Shown here piece after piece: positions 28,844-37,737 of a DNA stretch of 64,000 nucleotides. The stretch covers positions 2,743 to 66,742 of the forward strand of contig CAZECO010000002.1 in assembly GCA_964510455.1 (NCBI GenBank). Reading direction: 5' to 3'. The first letter of the stretch is position 1. Each line of letters starts with the position of its first letter. A program made the translations under genes and the position numbers. Below the pieces are notes generated by a model, which was given only the letters and a program-made list of their open reading frames with translations, made no database searches and had not been told where the DNA came from. The DNA comes from an uncultured Actinomycetes bacterium. GTDB lineage: Bacteria; Actinomycetota; Actinomycetes; S36-B12; GCA-2699445.

Positions 28844-30709
28844 CTAATGCGTCGCGGACAGGTGGTCCGCCAGGAAGCGGACGATGGCGGAGGCCAGCCG
28901 TCTGCGGGAGTCGACCCGGTGGAAGACGTGGCCTTCGCCGGGCAGCTCGAGGTAGGTCACGGGGCGTCCGAGCTCCCTCAGCCGCGCCACGAGCTGCTGC
29001 GCCTCGCCGATCGGCACGTTGGTGTCGAGCTCGCCGTGCACCACCAGCAGCGGGACGTCGATCGCCTCGGCGCTGGCAAGCGGAGAGATGTCCTCCAGCA
29101 GCGCGCGATCCTTCTCGGGATCGCCGTACTTCGTCACCGCGGCCGCGGCGATCCACGGCTCGGTGTCCCGGTAGAAGGTGAGCAGGTCCGACATCCCGCA
29201 GATGTCGATGCCGGCGGCGAAGACCCCGGGGGAGAAGGCCAGCGAGGCGAGGGCGAGGTAACCGCCGTACGACCGGCCGGTGACGGCGATCCGCGCCGGA
29301 TCGGCGAGACCCTCGGCCACGAGATGGTCCGCCGCGGCGAGGACATCGTCGAAGGCGGCGTACCGGCCGTGCAGGTCGTCGGCGTGCACGAACTCGCGGC
29401 CGAAGCCGGAGGAGCCGCGGATATTGGGCGCGAACACGGTGACCCCGGCCGCCGCCAGGGCCTGGTGGTGCGGGTCGAACGAGGGCCTCTCCTGGGCCTC
29501 CGGGCCTCCGTGCAGGCTCAGCGCGGCGGGTCCTGCCCCGGTGGCGCCCGCGGGGCGGTACAGCCAACCGGTCAGGGCGAGGCCGTCCCGCCCGGAGAAT
29601 GTCTCGAGGGTCGGCACCACCAGCACCCGTTCGGGCACCTCGGGATCGTCGGTCACCCGGGTCCAGGCGCCGGTGCGGGTGTCCAGGTGCCACAGCTCGC
29701 GGGGGGAGCGCGGCCCCTCGACGCTGAGCAGGACGGCGCTCCCGTCGCGGCTGAGCACCGGCGTGGAGGCCATCCGTCCGGGCAGCCCGGCCACGGGTGC
29801 GATCTGGTGTGTTGTCGTGTCGAAGAGGTCGAGCTCGCACGAACCGGCCACGTTCCAGACCAGCAGCAGCAGACGGCCGGCGTCGTCGGCGTCCACCCAC
29901 TCCAGGTCTGCGTCGTCGCGGGCCGCGAGCGTGCGCAGTTCGCCGCGCCAGCCGTTCGGGCCGAACGGCAGGCCGAGGAGCTGGCGGCGGGGCAGGCCCA
30001 CGTCGGAGGCCAGGTAGACGTAGACCGGACCGGAGTGGTCCTCGGGCGCGGGTCGCACCAGGGCCACCTCGGTCGACCCGGTGGCGCCGGCCGGCAGCGC
30101 GCTGAAGCCCCGGCCCAGGAGGCGGTCGAAGATCGTGACGAACTGCTGCCCGCGCTCGCCGTCGCGGATGACGAGGAAGCGCTCCTCGACGGAGATGTCG
30201 AGGACGTGGATCAGCTGCCCGGAGGTGAGCGGGTCGAGCTGGCCGGTCGCCGGATCTGCCAGGTAGGCCGTGGTCGGGCGGTCCGGACCGACTCCCGGGA
30301 ACGTGATCACGAAGTGATGACCGCTGCGGCTCCACGGACCCAGCTCCGCGTGCGTGTCGGCATCGCCGGCGATGCGCCGCGCGTCGGTGCCGTCGGGGCG
30401 GACCACCCACACCTGGGTGCGCACCCCCCCGTCCGTCGCCACGGCGCAGGCCAGCCAACGGCTGTCGGCCGCCCAGCGGACGGCGACCACCGGGTCGGCC
30501 GAGAGCGGCAGGTGCCGGGCGGGCGCCGGCGGGCCGTCGAGAACGACATCCTGGACCCACAGCTGCGGGATGCCCGACCGGTCGCTGATGAACGCGACCC
30601 GACGGGCGTCCGGCGTCATGTTCGGGCCCCAACAGCCCCAGGCGTCGACGAGCGTCTCCGCGAGGGCGACCGCCTCCTCGACGGTGGTGGTGGGCGCCTG
30701 CGTCGTCAC
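28844..30709 (-). CDS. S9 family serine peptidase (prolyl oligopeptidase/DPP type) with an N-terminal beta-propeller
   Basis: 621 aa from the GTG at 30709, overlapping the asnB-like stop as GTGA. Has the PD40-like repeat (RVAFISDRSGIPQLWV), the nucleophile elbow GRSYGG, and D...GEGH at the C-terminus. Confidence 0.85.
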   Translation of the reverse strand: MTTQAPTTTVEEAVALAETLVDAWGCWGPNMTPDARRVAFISDRSGIPQLWVQDVVLDGPPAPARHLPLSADPVVAVRWAADSRWLACAVATDGGVRTQVWVVRPDGTDARRIAGDADTHAELGPWSRSGHHFVITFPGVGPDRPTTAYLADPATGQLDPLTSGQLIHVLDISVEERFLVIRDGERGQQFVTIFDRLLGRGFSALPAGATGSTEVALVRPAPEDHSGPVYVYLASDVGLPRRQLLGLPFGPNGWRGELRTLAARDDADLEWVDADDAGRLLLLVWNVAGSCELDLFDTTTHQIAPVAGLPGRMASTPVLSRDGSAVLLSVEGPRSPRELWHLDTRTGAWTRVTDDPEVPERVLVVPTLETFSGRDGLALTGWLYRPAGATGAGPAALSLHGGPEAQERPSFDPHHQALAAAGVTVFAPNIRGSSGFGREFVHADDLHGRYAAFDDVLAAADHLVAEGLADPARIAVTGRSYGGYLALASLAFSPGVFAAGIDICGMSDLLTFYRDTEPWIAAAAVTKYGDPEKDRALLEDISPLASAEAIDVPLLVVHGELDTNVPIGEAQQLVARLRELGRPVTYLELPGEGHVFHRVDSRRRLASAIVRFLADHLSATH

Positions 30710-32496
30710 GAGGCCGAGCCCTCCACCTTCTGCAGCCACATCTCCAACAGCGCCAGTTGCCACAGCGCGTTGGAGCCCAAGGTCGTGCGGGCGGCGTTCG
30801 GATCTCGCAGCATGGCGTCCACCGTATTGGGCCGGAACAGGCCGCGCCGCCTTGCCGCGGGATCGGTCAGTGCTTCGCGGACGCGCTCCAGGTACGGCCC
30901 CTCGAGCTGGCGGATGGCGGGGACGGGGAAGTAGCCCTTGGTGCGGTCGATCACCTCGTCGGGGACGACGCCTCGGCTGGCGCGCTTGAGCACGCCCTTG
31001 CCGCCGTCGGCGAGCTTGAGCTCCGGAGGGATGCGCGCGGCCAGCTCGACGAGCTCGTGATCCAGGAACGGGACGCGGGCCTCCAGCCCCCATGCCATCG
31101 TCATGTTGTCGACCCGCTTCACCGGGTCGTCGACGAGCATGATCGTGGTGTCGTTGCGCAGCGCCGCGTCGACGGCTGTGGCGGCTCCGGGCCGGGCGAA
31201 CCGCTCGGTGATGAACGCGCTGGGCGCGTCGTCGCCGATCAGCCACTCGGGCTGCAGGATGTCCGCCATCGCCGACCAGCGCCGGTCGAAGAACACCCGG
31301 GAGTAGGCCTCGACGGCGTCGCCCCGGGCCGCGCCCGCCAGCGGCGGGTACCAGTCGTAGCCGCCGAGCACCTCGTCGGCGCCCTGCCCGGACTGCACGA
31401 CCTTGACGTGCTTGGAGACCTCCTCGCTGAGCAGGTAGAACGCGACGGCGTCGTGGCTGACCATCGGTTCGCTCATCGCCTCGACCGCGGCATCGATCCC
31501 GGGGAGCAGGCGGGAGGTGTCGATCTCGATGCGGTGGTGGTCGGTGCCGAACCGCCGGGCGACCAGCGACGAGTACTCGAACTCGTCGCCGGACTCCCCG
31601 CCGGCCGACTCGAACCCGATGCTGAACGTCTGCAGACCGGTCTGCCCGCCCTCCGCCAGCAGCGCGACCACGAGGCTGGAGTCGATGCCGCCCGACAGCA
31701 GGACTCCCACGGGAACGTCGGCGACCATCCGCCGCTCGACGGCGACCCGCAGCCGCTCCAGCAGCGCCACCTCCCAGTCGCGGGACGTCCACTCGCTGCG
31801 TTCCTCGTCGCGGGTGAACTGCGGGTCCCAGTAGCGGGTGTCGTAGAAGGTCCCGTCGGCTTCGATGACCCGGACGGTGGCGGGCGGGAGCTTGCGGATG
31901 CCGGTGAAGATCGTGTGCGGGGCGGGCACGACCGAGTGGAACGTCATGTAGTAGGCCAGTGCCGTGGAGTCGATCGAGGTGTCCACGCCGCCGGCTGCGA
32001 CGAGGGCCTGCACCGTGGAGGCGAACCGCAGGCGGCCGGGCCGGGCGTCGAGATACAGCGGTTTGATGCCGAGCCGGTCGCGGGCCAGCACCACCCGGCC
32101 GCGCAGATGCTCGACCACCGCGATGGCGAACATCCCGTGGAAGTGGTCGACGAAGCTCGTCCCCCACTGGGCGTAGGCCTTGAGCACCACCTCGGTGTCC
32201 GACGTCGAGAAGAAGCGGTGGCCGGCGGCGGCGAGCTCTTCGCGCAGCTGCTGGTAGTTGTAGATGATCCCGTTGAAGACGACCGTCAACCCTTCGTGGG
32301 GATCCACCATCGGCTGCGCGCCCAGCGGGGACAGGTCGATGATCGACAGCCGCCGGTGCCCCAGTGCCACCGGGCCGCGGGCCCAGACGCCGGAATCGTC
32401 GGGGCCGCGCTTCTCCAACCGTGCGGTCATCCGCTGCACCGCGCCGACGTCGGCCGCGGCTCCGTCGAAGCGCACCTCACCTGCGAGTCCGCACAC
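30706..32496 (-). CDS. Glutamine-hydrolysing asparagine-synthase-family amidotransferase, NAGGN-amidotransferase-like
   Basis: 596 aa. Begins with the N-terminal nucleophile MCGLAGE and carries the PP-loop LLSGGIDSS. The N-terminal 110 aa closely parallel my recollection of Pseudomonas AsnO/PA3459 (MCGLAGELRFD...ALGHRRL.I.DLS...AQPM...FNG.IYN...DTEV.LK.Y..WG). Confidence 0.85.
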   Translation of the reverse strand: MCGLAGEVRFDGAAADVGAVQRMTARLEKRGPDDSGVWARGPVALGHRRLSIIDLSPLGAQPMVDPHEGLTVVFNGIIYNYQQLREELAAAGHRFFSTSDTEVVLKAYAQWGTSFVDHFHGMFAIAVVEHLRGRVVLARDRLGIKPLYLDARPGRLRFASTVQALVAAGGVDTSIDSTALAYYMTFHSVVPAPHTIFTGIRKLPPATVRVIEADGTFYDTRYWDPQFTRDEERSEWTSRDWEVALLERLRVAVERRMVADVPVGVLLSGGIDSSLVVALLAEGGQTGLQTFSIGFESAGGESGDEFEYSSLVARRFGTDHHRIEIDTSRLLPGIDAAVEAMSEPMVSHDAVAFYLLSEEVSKHVKVVQSGQGADEVLGGYDWYPPLAGAARGDAVEAYSRVFFDRRWSAMADILQPEWLIGDDAPSAFITERFARPGAATAVDAALRNDTTIMLVDDPVKRVDNMTMAWGLEARVPFLDHELVELAARIPPELKLADGGKGVLKRASRGVVPDEVIDRTKGYFPVPAIRQLEGPYLERVREALTDPAARRRGLFRPNTVDAMLRDPNAARTTLGSNALWQLALLEMWLQKVEGSAS

Positions 32497-32497
32497 G

Positions 32498-35035
32498 TCA
32501 TGGCCCTTCGTCGCTCGGTCCGGTCACGATCCAGGTGTCCTTGGCCCCGCCGCCCTGCGAGCTGTTGACGATCAGACTGCCCGCCGGCGCGACCCGCGTC
32601 AGGCCCAGCGGTGCCAGCCGGCAGTCCTCCCGGCCGGGTCCGGTCAGGTACACGAATGCCCGCAGGTCGACGCGCCTCGGCTCGAGCTGCCCCGCCGCCA
32701 GGCACGGCAGCGAGGACAGGGCGACGACCTCCTGCGCGACCCAGCGGGCAGGGTTGGCGGCGATCTCGGCGCGGCGCGAGGCGACCTCGGCCGCGGTGGC
32801 GGCGGGCCCGATGAGCACGCCGGCCCCGCCGAAGCCGTCGACGGGCTTGGTGACCAGCTCCCCGACGCGCGCCAGGACGGTGGTGCGCTCGGCCTCGTCT
32901 GCCGGCCGGTAGGTGGGGACCGACTCGACGGCGGGCCGCTCGCCGAGGTAGTACGTGATCAGCTCGGGCAGGAAGGGGTAGGTGGACTTGTCGTCGGCGA
33001 CCCCGTTCCCGGGCGCATTCGCCAGCACCACCCCGCCGACCGCGGCGACGTCCATGATCTGCGCGCCGATCGCCCGGCCCGAGCCGTCGCGCAGGTCGAT
33101 GAGCTCCCCGTCCAGCCGCAGGTACAGGACGCCGATGGGAACCCCGGTCCTCCGGTGGACCACGGTCCCGCCGGCGATCACGATGTCATCGGGCCGGACC
33201 AGCGCGAGGCCCGCCCCGTCGGCCAGGTGCCGGTGCTCGAACCAGGCCCCGGAGGCGGGGCCGCTGGAGAGCAGAGCAGCGCGGGTGCCGGGCTCGGCGT
33301 GCGCGAGCAGCGTCGAGCGGAGCAGCTCGTAGCCGGCAGCCGGGTGGGCGGTGCCGGGAGGCCTGGGCAGGTCCGGCATGACGTCGTCCATCAGAGCGCG
33401 GACGGCGATGGCGTAGGCGACGCCGCTGGGCGACATGACGTTGTCCTCCAGCACGCGCCAGCCGCCGTACTCGTTGCGGACCAGATCGAACCCCATGATG
33501 GGGGCCCGCACGACGTCCGGGGGAAGCCGGGCGGCTTCGTCCCGCCAGCCCGGGGAGGACTCCACGACGTCGCGGGGGAGGACCCCGTCCCGCAGGATCC
33601 GTTGCTCGCCGTACACGTCGCGGATGAATGACTCGATCGCCCAGGCGCGCTGCGTGAGCCCGACCTCGAGCTCCGCCCACTCGTGCGGCCCCAGGATGCG
33701 GGGGACCAGGTCGACCTCGAACGGCCGGTGCTCCCCGTGGACGACGTAGGTGAGGTCGTTGCGCACGGCCCAGGAATCCCGGGCCTCGGCGCGCTCGGCG
33801 AGCTCGGCGGGTCCATGGGCGACCAGGGCCGTCATGACGTCCCGGTAGGCGGGGCGCACGACGGAGCCGGGGCCCAGGGCCTCGTCCCCTGCCCGCACGC
33901 GGTAGCGGCGCAGCGCCGGCAGGGACGCAGCCGCGTCCGAGGTCCGCCCGTGGCTCTCGGCGACGACCAGCCGCATCACGTCCTCGAGGCTGCCCCGCTC
34001 GGCGTAGGCGGCGCGCTGCCGATCGGCGGAGTTGCCGCGCGCCAGCATCGTCTCGGCCAGTTCGGTGACGGTCTCCCAGTCGCCGAGCTCCTCCAGCTGC
34101 GGCCGCAGCCGGTCCACCAGGTCTCGGACCACCTCGGCCGCCGGCCGCGGCGTCGGGCTGGCGACGCCGTGAACCAGATTGCGCGACAGTCCGCTGCGGG
34201 CGGCCTGCCAGATCGCGGCGCGGTGCAGCGGAGGTGCGGGGGCGGTGAACGGGCTCCCGGCCTCGAGGTCGAGCTCCGCCGCCCGCACCAGGCCGCGGAA
34301 GATGCCCGCGATGAGGACGACGTCGTCCACGAGCGGGCAGGCGTCGCAGACGCGCAGCTCGAGGGTCGGCGCATGCGACGAGGGCCGCACGTCGAAGTAG
34401 GCCATCTTGGCGTCTCCGATGACGCCCGAGGCGATGAGGTCGTCCAGGAGGTCGTCGTACTCGGCCGAGGAGGAGAGCGGGCCGGCCGAGCCTGCCGTGG
34501 GCCACCGCTGCCAGATGATCGTGCGGATGCTGGCGTAGCCGGTGTCGAGCCCGTTCCAGTAGGGCGAACTGGCCGAGAGGGCCAGCAGCACGGGGAGGTC
34601 GGGGGCGATCCGCTGGACGATCTGCACGGCGAGGTCGCGGTCGGAGACTCCCACGTGCACCTGCGTGCCGCAGATCAGCTGCTCGTCCACGAGCAGCCGG
34701 TACTCCTCCTGCATCTTGCTGTAGCGCCCGGTGCTGGTCAGCTCGAAGTCGGCGTGGGTCGACAGGGCGGCGGTGCCGACCGCGGCGATGCCCAGCCCCT
34801 CCGACGCGGCCACGTCGATGACGCCCTTGCGCAGGCGGACGAGTTCGGCACGCAAGTCCGACAGCGACCGGACGACCGGCGTATTCGTCTCAACCGTGGT
34901 CCGCTGGATCTCCGCGGCGTAGGAGTCCTTCGGCAGCCTCGACAACAGCTGCGGGGCCCTGGCCGAGAGCTCCCACAGGTCGAGGTCGATGAGGTGCAAC
35001 TCCTCTTCGGCGCCGAGAGTGAGTTCAGCGCCCAT
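32498..35035 (-). CDS. Fusion protein: GCS2/YbdK-type carboxylate-amine ligase (N) + circularly permuted type-2 ATP-grasp ligase (C)
   Basis: 845 aa. The N-terminal ~370 aa reads TLGAEEELHLIDL...GTQVHVGV...RPSSHAPTLELRVCD, the GCS2 pattern. The C-terminal ~450 aa reads MGFDLVRNEYGGWRVLEDN...ANAPGNGVADDKSTYPF...VTKPVDGFGGAGV...SSQGGGAKDTWIV, the CP_ATPgrasp_2 pattern. Confidence 0.85.
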   Translation of the reverse strand: MGAELTLGAEEELHLIDLDLWELSARAPQLLSRLPKDSYAAEIQRTTVETNTPVVRSLSDLRAELVRLRKGVIDVAASEGLGIAAVGTAALSTHADFELTSTGRYSKMQEEYRLLVDEQLICGTQVHVGVSDRDLAVQIVQRIAPDLPVLLALSASSPYWNGLDTGYASIRTIIWQRWPTAGSAGPLSSSAEYDDLLDDLIASGVIGDAKMAYFDVRPSSHAPTLELRVCDACPLVDDVVLIAGIFRGLVRAAELDLEAGSPFTAPAPPLHRAAIWQAARSGLSRNLVHGVASPTPRPAAEVVRDLVDRLRPQLEELGDWETVTELAETMLARGNSADRQRAAYAERGSLEDVMRLVVAESHGRTSDAAASLPALRRYRVRAGDEALGPGSVVRPAYRDVMTALVAHGPAELAERAEARDSWAVRNDLTYVVHGEHRPFEVDLVPRILGPHEWAELEVGLTQRAWAIESFIRDVYGEQRILRDGVLPRDVVESSPGWRDEAARLPPDVVRAPIMGFDLVRNEYGGWRVLEDNVMSPSGVAYAIAVRALMDDVMPDLPRPPGTAHPAAGYELLRSTLLAHAEPGTRAALLSSGPASGAWFEHRHLADGAGLALVRPDDIVIAGGTVVHRRTGVPIGVLYLRLDGELIDLRDGSGRAIGAQIMDVAAVGGVVLANAPGNGVADDKSTYPFLPELITYYLGERPAVESVPTYRPADEAERTTVLARVGELVTKPVDGFGGAGVLIGPAATAAEVASRRAEIAANPARWVAQEVVALSSLPCLAAGQLEPRRVDLRAFVYLTGPGREDCRLAPLGLTRVAPAGSLIVNSSQGGGAKDTWIVTGPSDEGP

Positions 35036-35449
35036 GCAAGGAATCTAGTCGCGCACGTGCTCGGCTGGGAATGGGCGGGCGGGTGCGAAGTGCGTGCCTG
35101 CGATGTGTCGGGCGTCACAGCAGCGGCCTCGCCGCCGCGCCGGAAAAGGGACGATGCCGCCCAATTGGCTGCCGGCTGGACTATCGTCCCGACGCTGCCC
35201 GGACCAACCCTGTCCGGGCTGGCGACGGGAGGCACGCGGCGGCACAGTCAGTGCGCCGATGCACCTCGGGTGCTTGCACCAGGTCTTGTCGGATACCCCG
35301 AAGCGCCTTCGTGGACGAACCGCCGCCGATGTCAGAGATCTGTACCGGCAGTGTGGCGTCCCGCGCGCTGAGAACCGGCCGCCTCGTTCGATCCAGCCTG
35401 TGCGTGGCCCGGGTCGACAGGTCCCCGAGGTGAGGCCGACGATGGCGGC

Positions 35450-36118
35450 ATGCCGTTCTTCGCGCCGCTGCCCCAGCCGCAGCCGGAAGCAGATCAGCCG
35501 AACCCGGTGTTCTTCAGCTTCCCCTGGCAGGAGCCGGAGCACCGTCTGCCCGGTCTGGGACCGGCGGGGACCGTGCTGGCCCGCAACGCCACCACTGCGC
35601 TGTACCTGTCGGTGACGGGGGTGTATCGGACCGTGCTGGCCCTTGCCGTGCGCGGGCGCTTCCACCCCGACCATGTGGACGAACAATGGCCGCCGCGCCG
35701 CCATCAGGGGCCGATGGACGACCTGCGATTCGGGCTGCAATGGGCGGACGGGTCGCGTGCCGAGGTCGAGGAGTCGTGGCCGGAGCCGGGAGGCACGGCC
35801 GGTGACAGCGGATTCCGGCTCGCCTTCCGCCACGGTTCCGCAGGGGGGCTGGGCCAGGACTGGGGCCTATGGCTGTGGCCGCTGCCGGCCCCTGCGGCGG
35901 TCACCGTGCACGTCCTGTGGGAGCGGCGCGGGATCCCCGAGACGGCGACCGAGTTCGACCTGTCGACGATCGTGGGCTGGGCGGCGCAATCGGTGGAGCT
36001 GTGGCCGCTGCCAGCAGCTCCCGACGATGGCGCGTGGGTGGCCTACTCCCCGCTCAGCGCACGGGCCACCGCATCCGGCGCCGTCCGGGCCGACGAGCCC
36101 GAGGCGGATGGCACGTGA
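35450..36118 (+). CDS. Hypothetical protein
   Basis: 222-aa ATG ORF with W-rich, non-repetitive sequence. Divergent from the ligase operon. Confidence 0.5.
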   Translation: MPFFAPLPQPQPEADQPNPVFFSFPWQEPEHRLPGLGPAGTVLARNATTALYLSVTGVYRTVLALAVRGRFHPDHVDEQWPPRRHQGPMDDLRFGLQWADGSRAEVEESWPEPGGTAGDSGFRLAFRHGSAGGLGQDWGLWLWPLPAPAAVTVHVLWERRGIPETATEFDLSTIVGWAAQSVELWPLPAAPDDGAWVAYSPLSARATASGAVRADEPEADGT

Positions 36119-36217
36119 GCGGGGATCCGGGCATGCGTGGGCCGCGTCAGGAGGGATCCCTTCGTGTGGGCCACCGAGGTCGTGCCGACCATGTAGCACG
36201 TGTGCTACATTGTCGCG

Positions 36218-36466
36218 ATGGCGACGGTGGGCGTGCGGGAACTGCGGCAGAACGCCAGCGAGATCCTGCGAGCAGTAGAGGCGGGGGAGCCGACGACGGT
36301 GACGGTGGCGGGGCGGCCGGTGGCGCAGATCATTCCGATCCGCGCCGAGCGTTGGACGACGTGGGACAGGGTCCGCTCAGTCTTCGACAGCCCGACCGAC
36401 AATGCCTGGGATGACGAGCGGCGCGAATCCGGCGCACGAGGTCTTGATGATCCGTGGGCGCGTTGA
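36218..36466 (+). CDS. Phd/YefM family antitoxin
   Basis: 82 aa from the ATG at 36218. Reads MATVGVRELRQNASEILRAVEAGEPTTVTVAGRPVAQIIP. Confidence 0.85.
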   Translation: MATVGVRELRQNASEILRAVEAGEPTTVTVAGRPVAQIIPIRAERWTTWDRVRSVFDSPTDNAWDDERRESGARGLDDPWAR

Positions 36467-36846
36467 TGCTGTCCATCCTGGACACGAGCATCCTGATCGC
36501 CGAGCACCCCGAGCCGGTCGCGGGTGAGATCGCGATCAGCGTGGTGTCCGTGGCGGAGTTGCAGTTCGGCGTGCTCGTCGCTCCTGATCATGAGCGCCGC
36601 GCCCATCGCCTGGCTCGGCTCAGTGCCGTCCTGCGGGGTTTCGAGCCGTTGCCCGTCGACGCTGCGGTGGCCGCGAGCTACGGCGAACTCGCCGCCGCGA
36701 CCCATCGAGCCGGGCGCACGTCGAGGGCTCGCAGCCTGGATCTCATGATCGCCGCCACCGCGCACGCGCACGGAGCGCGTCTCGTGACCGCCAACCTCAA
36801 CGACGTCAGCCATCTCGAGGGGCTGATCGAGGTCGTCCCCGGGTAG
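36466..36846 (+). CDS. VapC-type PIN domain toxin
   Basis: 126 aa from the ATG at 36466 (TGATG junction). Reads MLSILDTSILI...AELQFGV...DLMIAATAHAHGARLVTAN. Confidence 0.85.
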   Translation: MLSILDTSILIAEHPEPVAGEIAISVVSVAELQFGVLVAPDHERRAHRLARLSAVLRGFEPLPVDAAVAASYGELAAATHRAGRTSRARSLDLMIAATAHAHGARLVTANLNDVSHLEGLIEVVPG

Positions 36847-36999
36847 TCGCCACGGCCAGGCTCAATCTGGCGTGCGCGCACGCACGGCCGCAGCCCGATC
36901 TGCATCCACAGCACACTCCCCCCGACCTGCACATCGCGCCAGTCCGGAGGGTCCCGTTTCGATCGAAGACGCCGGCGCCCGGCAGCGGCAGGTCGCTGG

Positions 37000-37053
37000 G
37001 CGTTGATCGCGGCGAACCGCCGCAGCCGTGCGCTGAAGCGCTGCGATCAACGC
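37000..37053. repeat. 54-bp palindromic interspersed repeat, copy B
   Basis: GCGTTGATCGCGGCGAACCGCCGCAGCCGTGCGCTGAAGCGCTGCGATCAACGC. Matches the reverse complement of 15295-15348 at 49/54 positions. Confidence 0.8.
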
Positions 37054-37383
37054 CGCCCAAGCGGAATCGCCGCGCCGGCACGTCGGCCCGGATCCGCCGC
37101 TCACCGCGTTCGGCAGCGCATTCCACTCCGCGGATTCCGAAGCCGAAGGAGCCCTCGATCCAGGACGAGCAGGGGGGCGCGGGGCACGCATCGCCGGGCG
37201 CAGACCTCCGCGCACCCGCCCCGTTCGTCGGCGCTGACCGACCGTTCGTCGCAGGCCGCAAGACCGATCGTGGGCACCGTCGGACCACTCGCCGCAGGCC
37301 CCCGATTTCGCATTCCGAAGGTCCATCCGGCGGGCCTAGCGTCGCAGCACACGGACCAGCAGCCACGACAGGGAGGCCGCGCC

Positions 37384-37737
37384 ATGACCATCATCGAAGG
37401 CCCGCCCAAAGTCGGGGGGCAACCCGACCCGCAGGCCTATCTCATCGCACAACAAAGCCCCCAGTTCGTCGAACTGCGCCGCCGCTACCGGGGTTTCGCC
37501 TTCCCGATGACGGCCGCGTTCCTCGTCTGGTACTTCGCCTTCGTCCTCGCCGCCGTGTTCGCGCCGGACTTCCTGGCGAAGCCGGTGTTCGGGAACATCA
37601 ACGTCGGCATCGTCTTCGGCCTGCTGCAGTTCGTCTCCACCGGCGTCATCACCTGGCTGTACGTGCGGCACGCCAACCGCAGGCTCGACCCGCTGGCGAC
37701 CGAGATCCGTGAGGACCTGGAAGGGATCGTCCGATGA
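37384..37737 (+). CDS. DUF485 (YjcH-like) small membrane protein
   Basis: 117 aa from the ATG at 37384 with two TM helices. Overlaps the actP start by 4 nt. Confidence 0.85.
   Translation: MTIIEGPPKVGGQPDPQAYLIAQQSPQFVELRRRYRGFAFPMTAAFLVWYFAFVLAAVFAPDFLAKPVFGNINVGIVFGLLQFVSTGVITWLYVRHANRRLDPLATEIREDLEGIVR

Noticed and set aside
37003-37383. N-terminal extension of the DUF485 ORF (244-aa version), and minus-strand ORFs at 36806-37366
   Set aside because: The extension runs through the 54-bp palindromic repeat and is Arg/Ser/Pro-rich. The ATG at 37384 gives a normal-length DUF485 protein.
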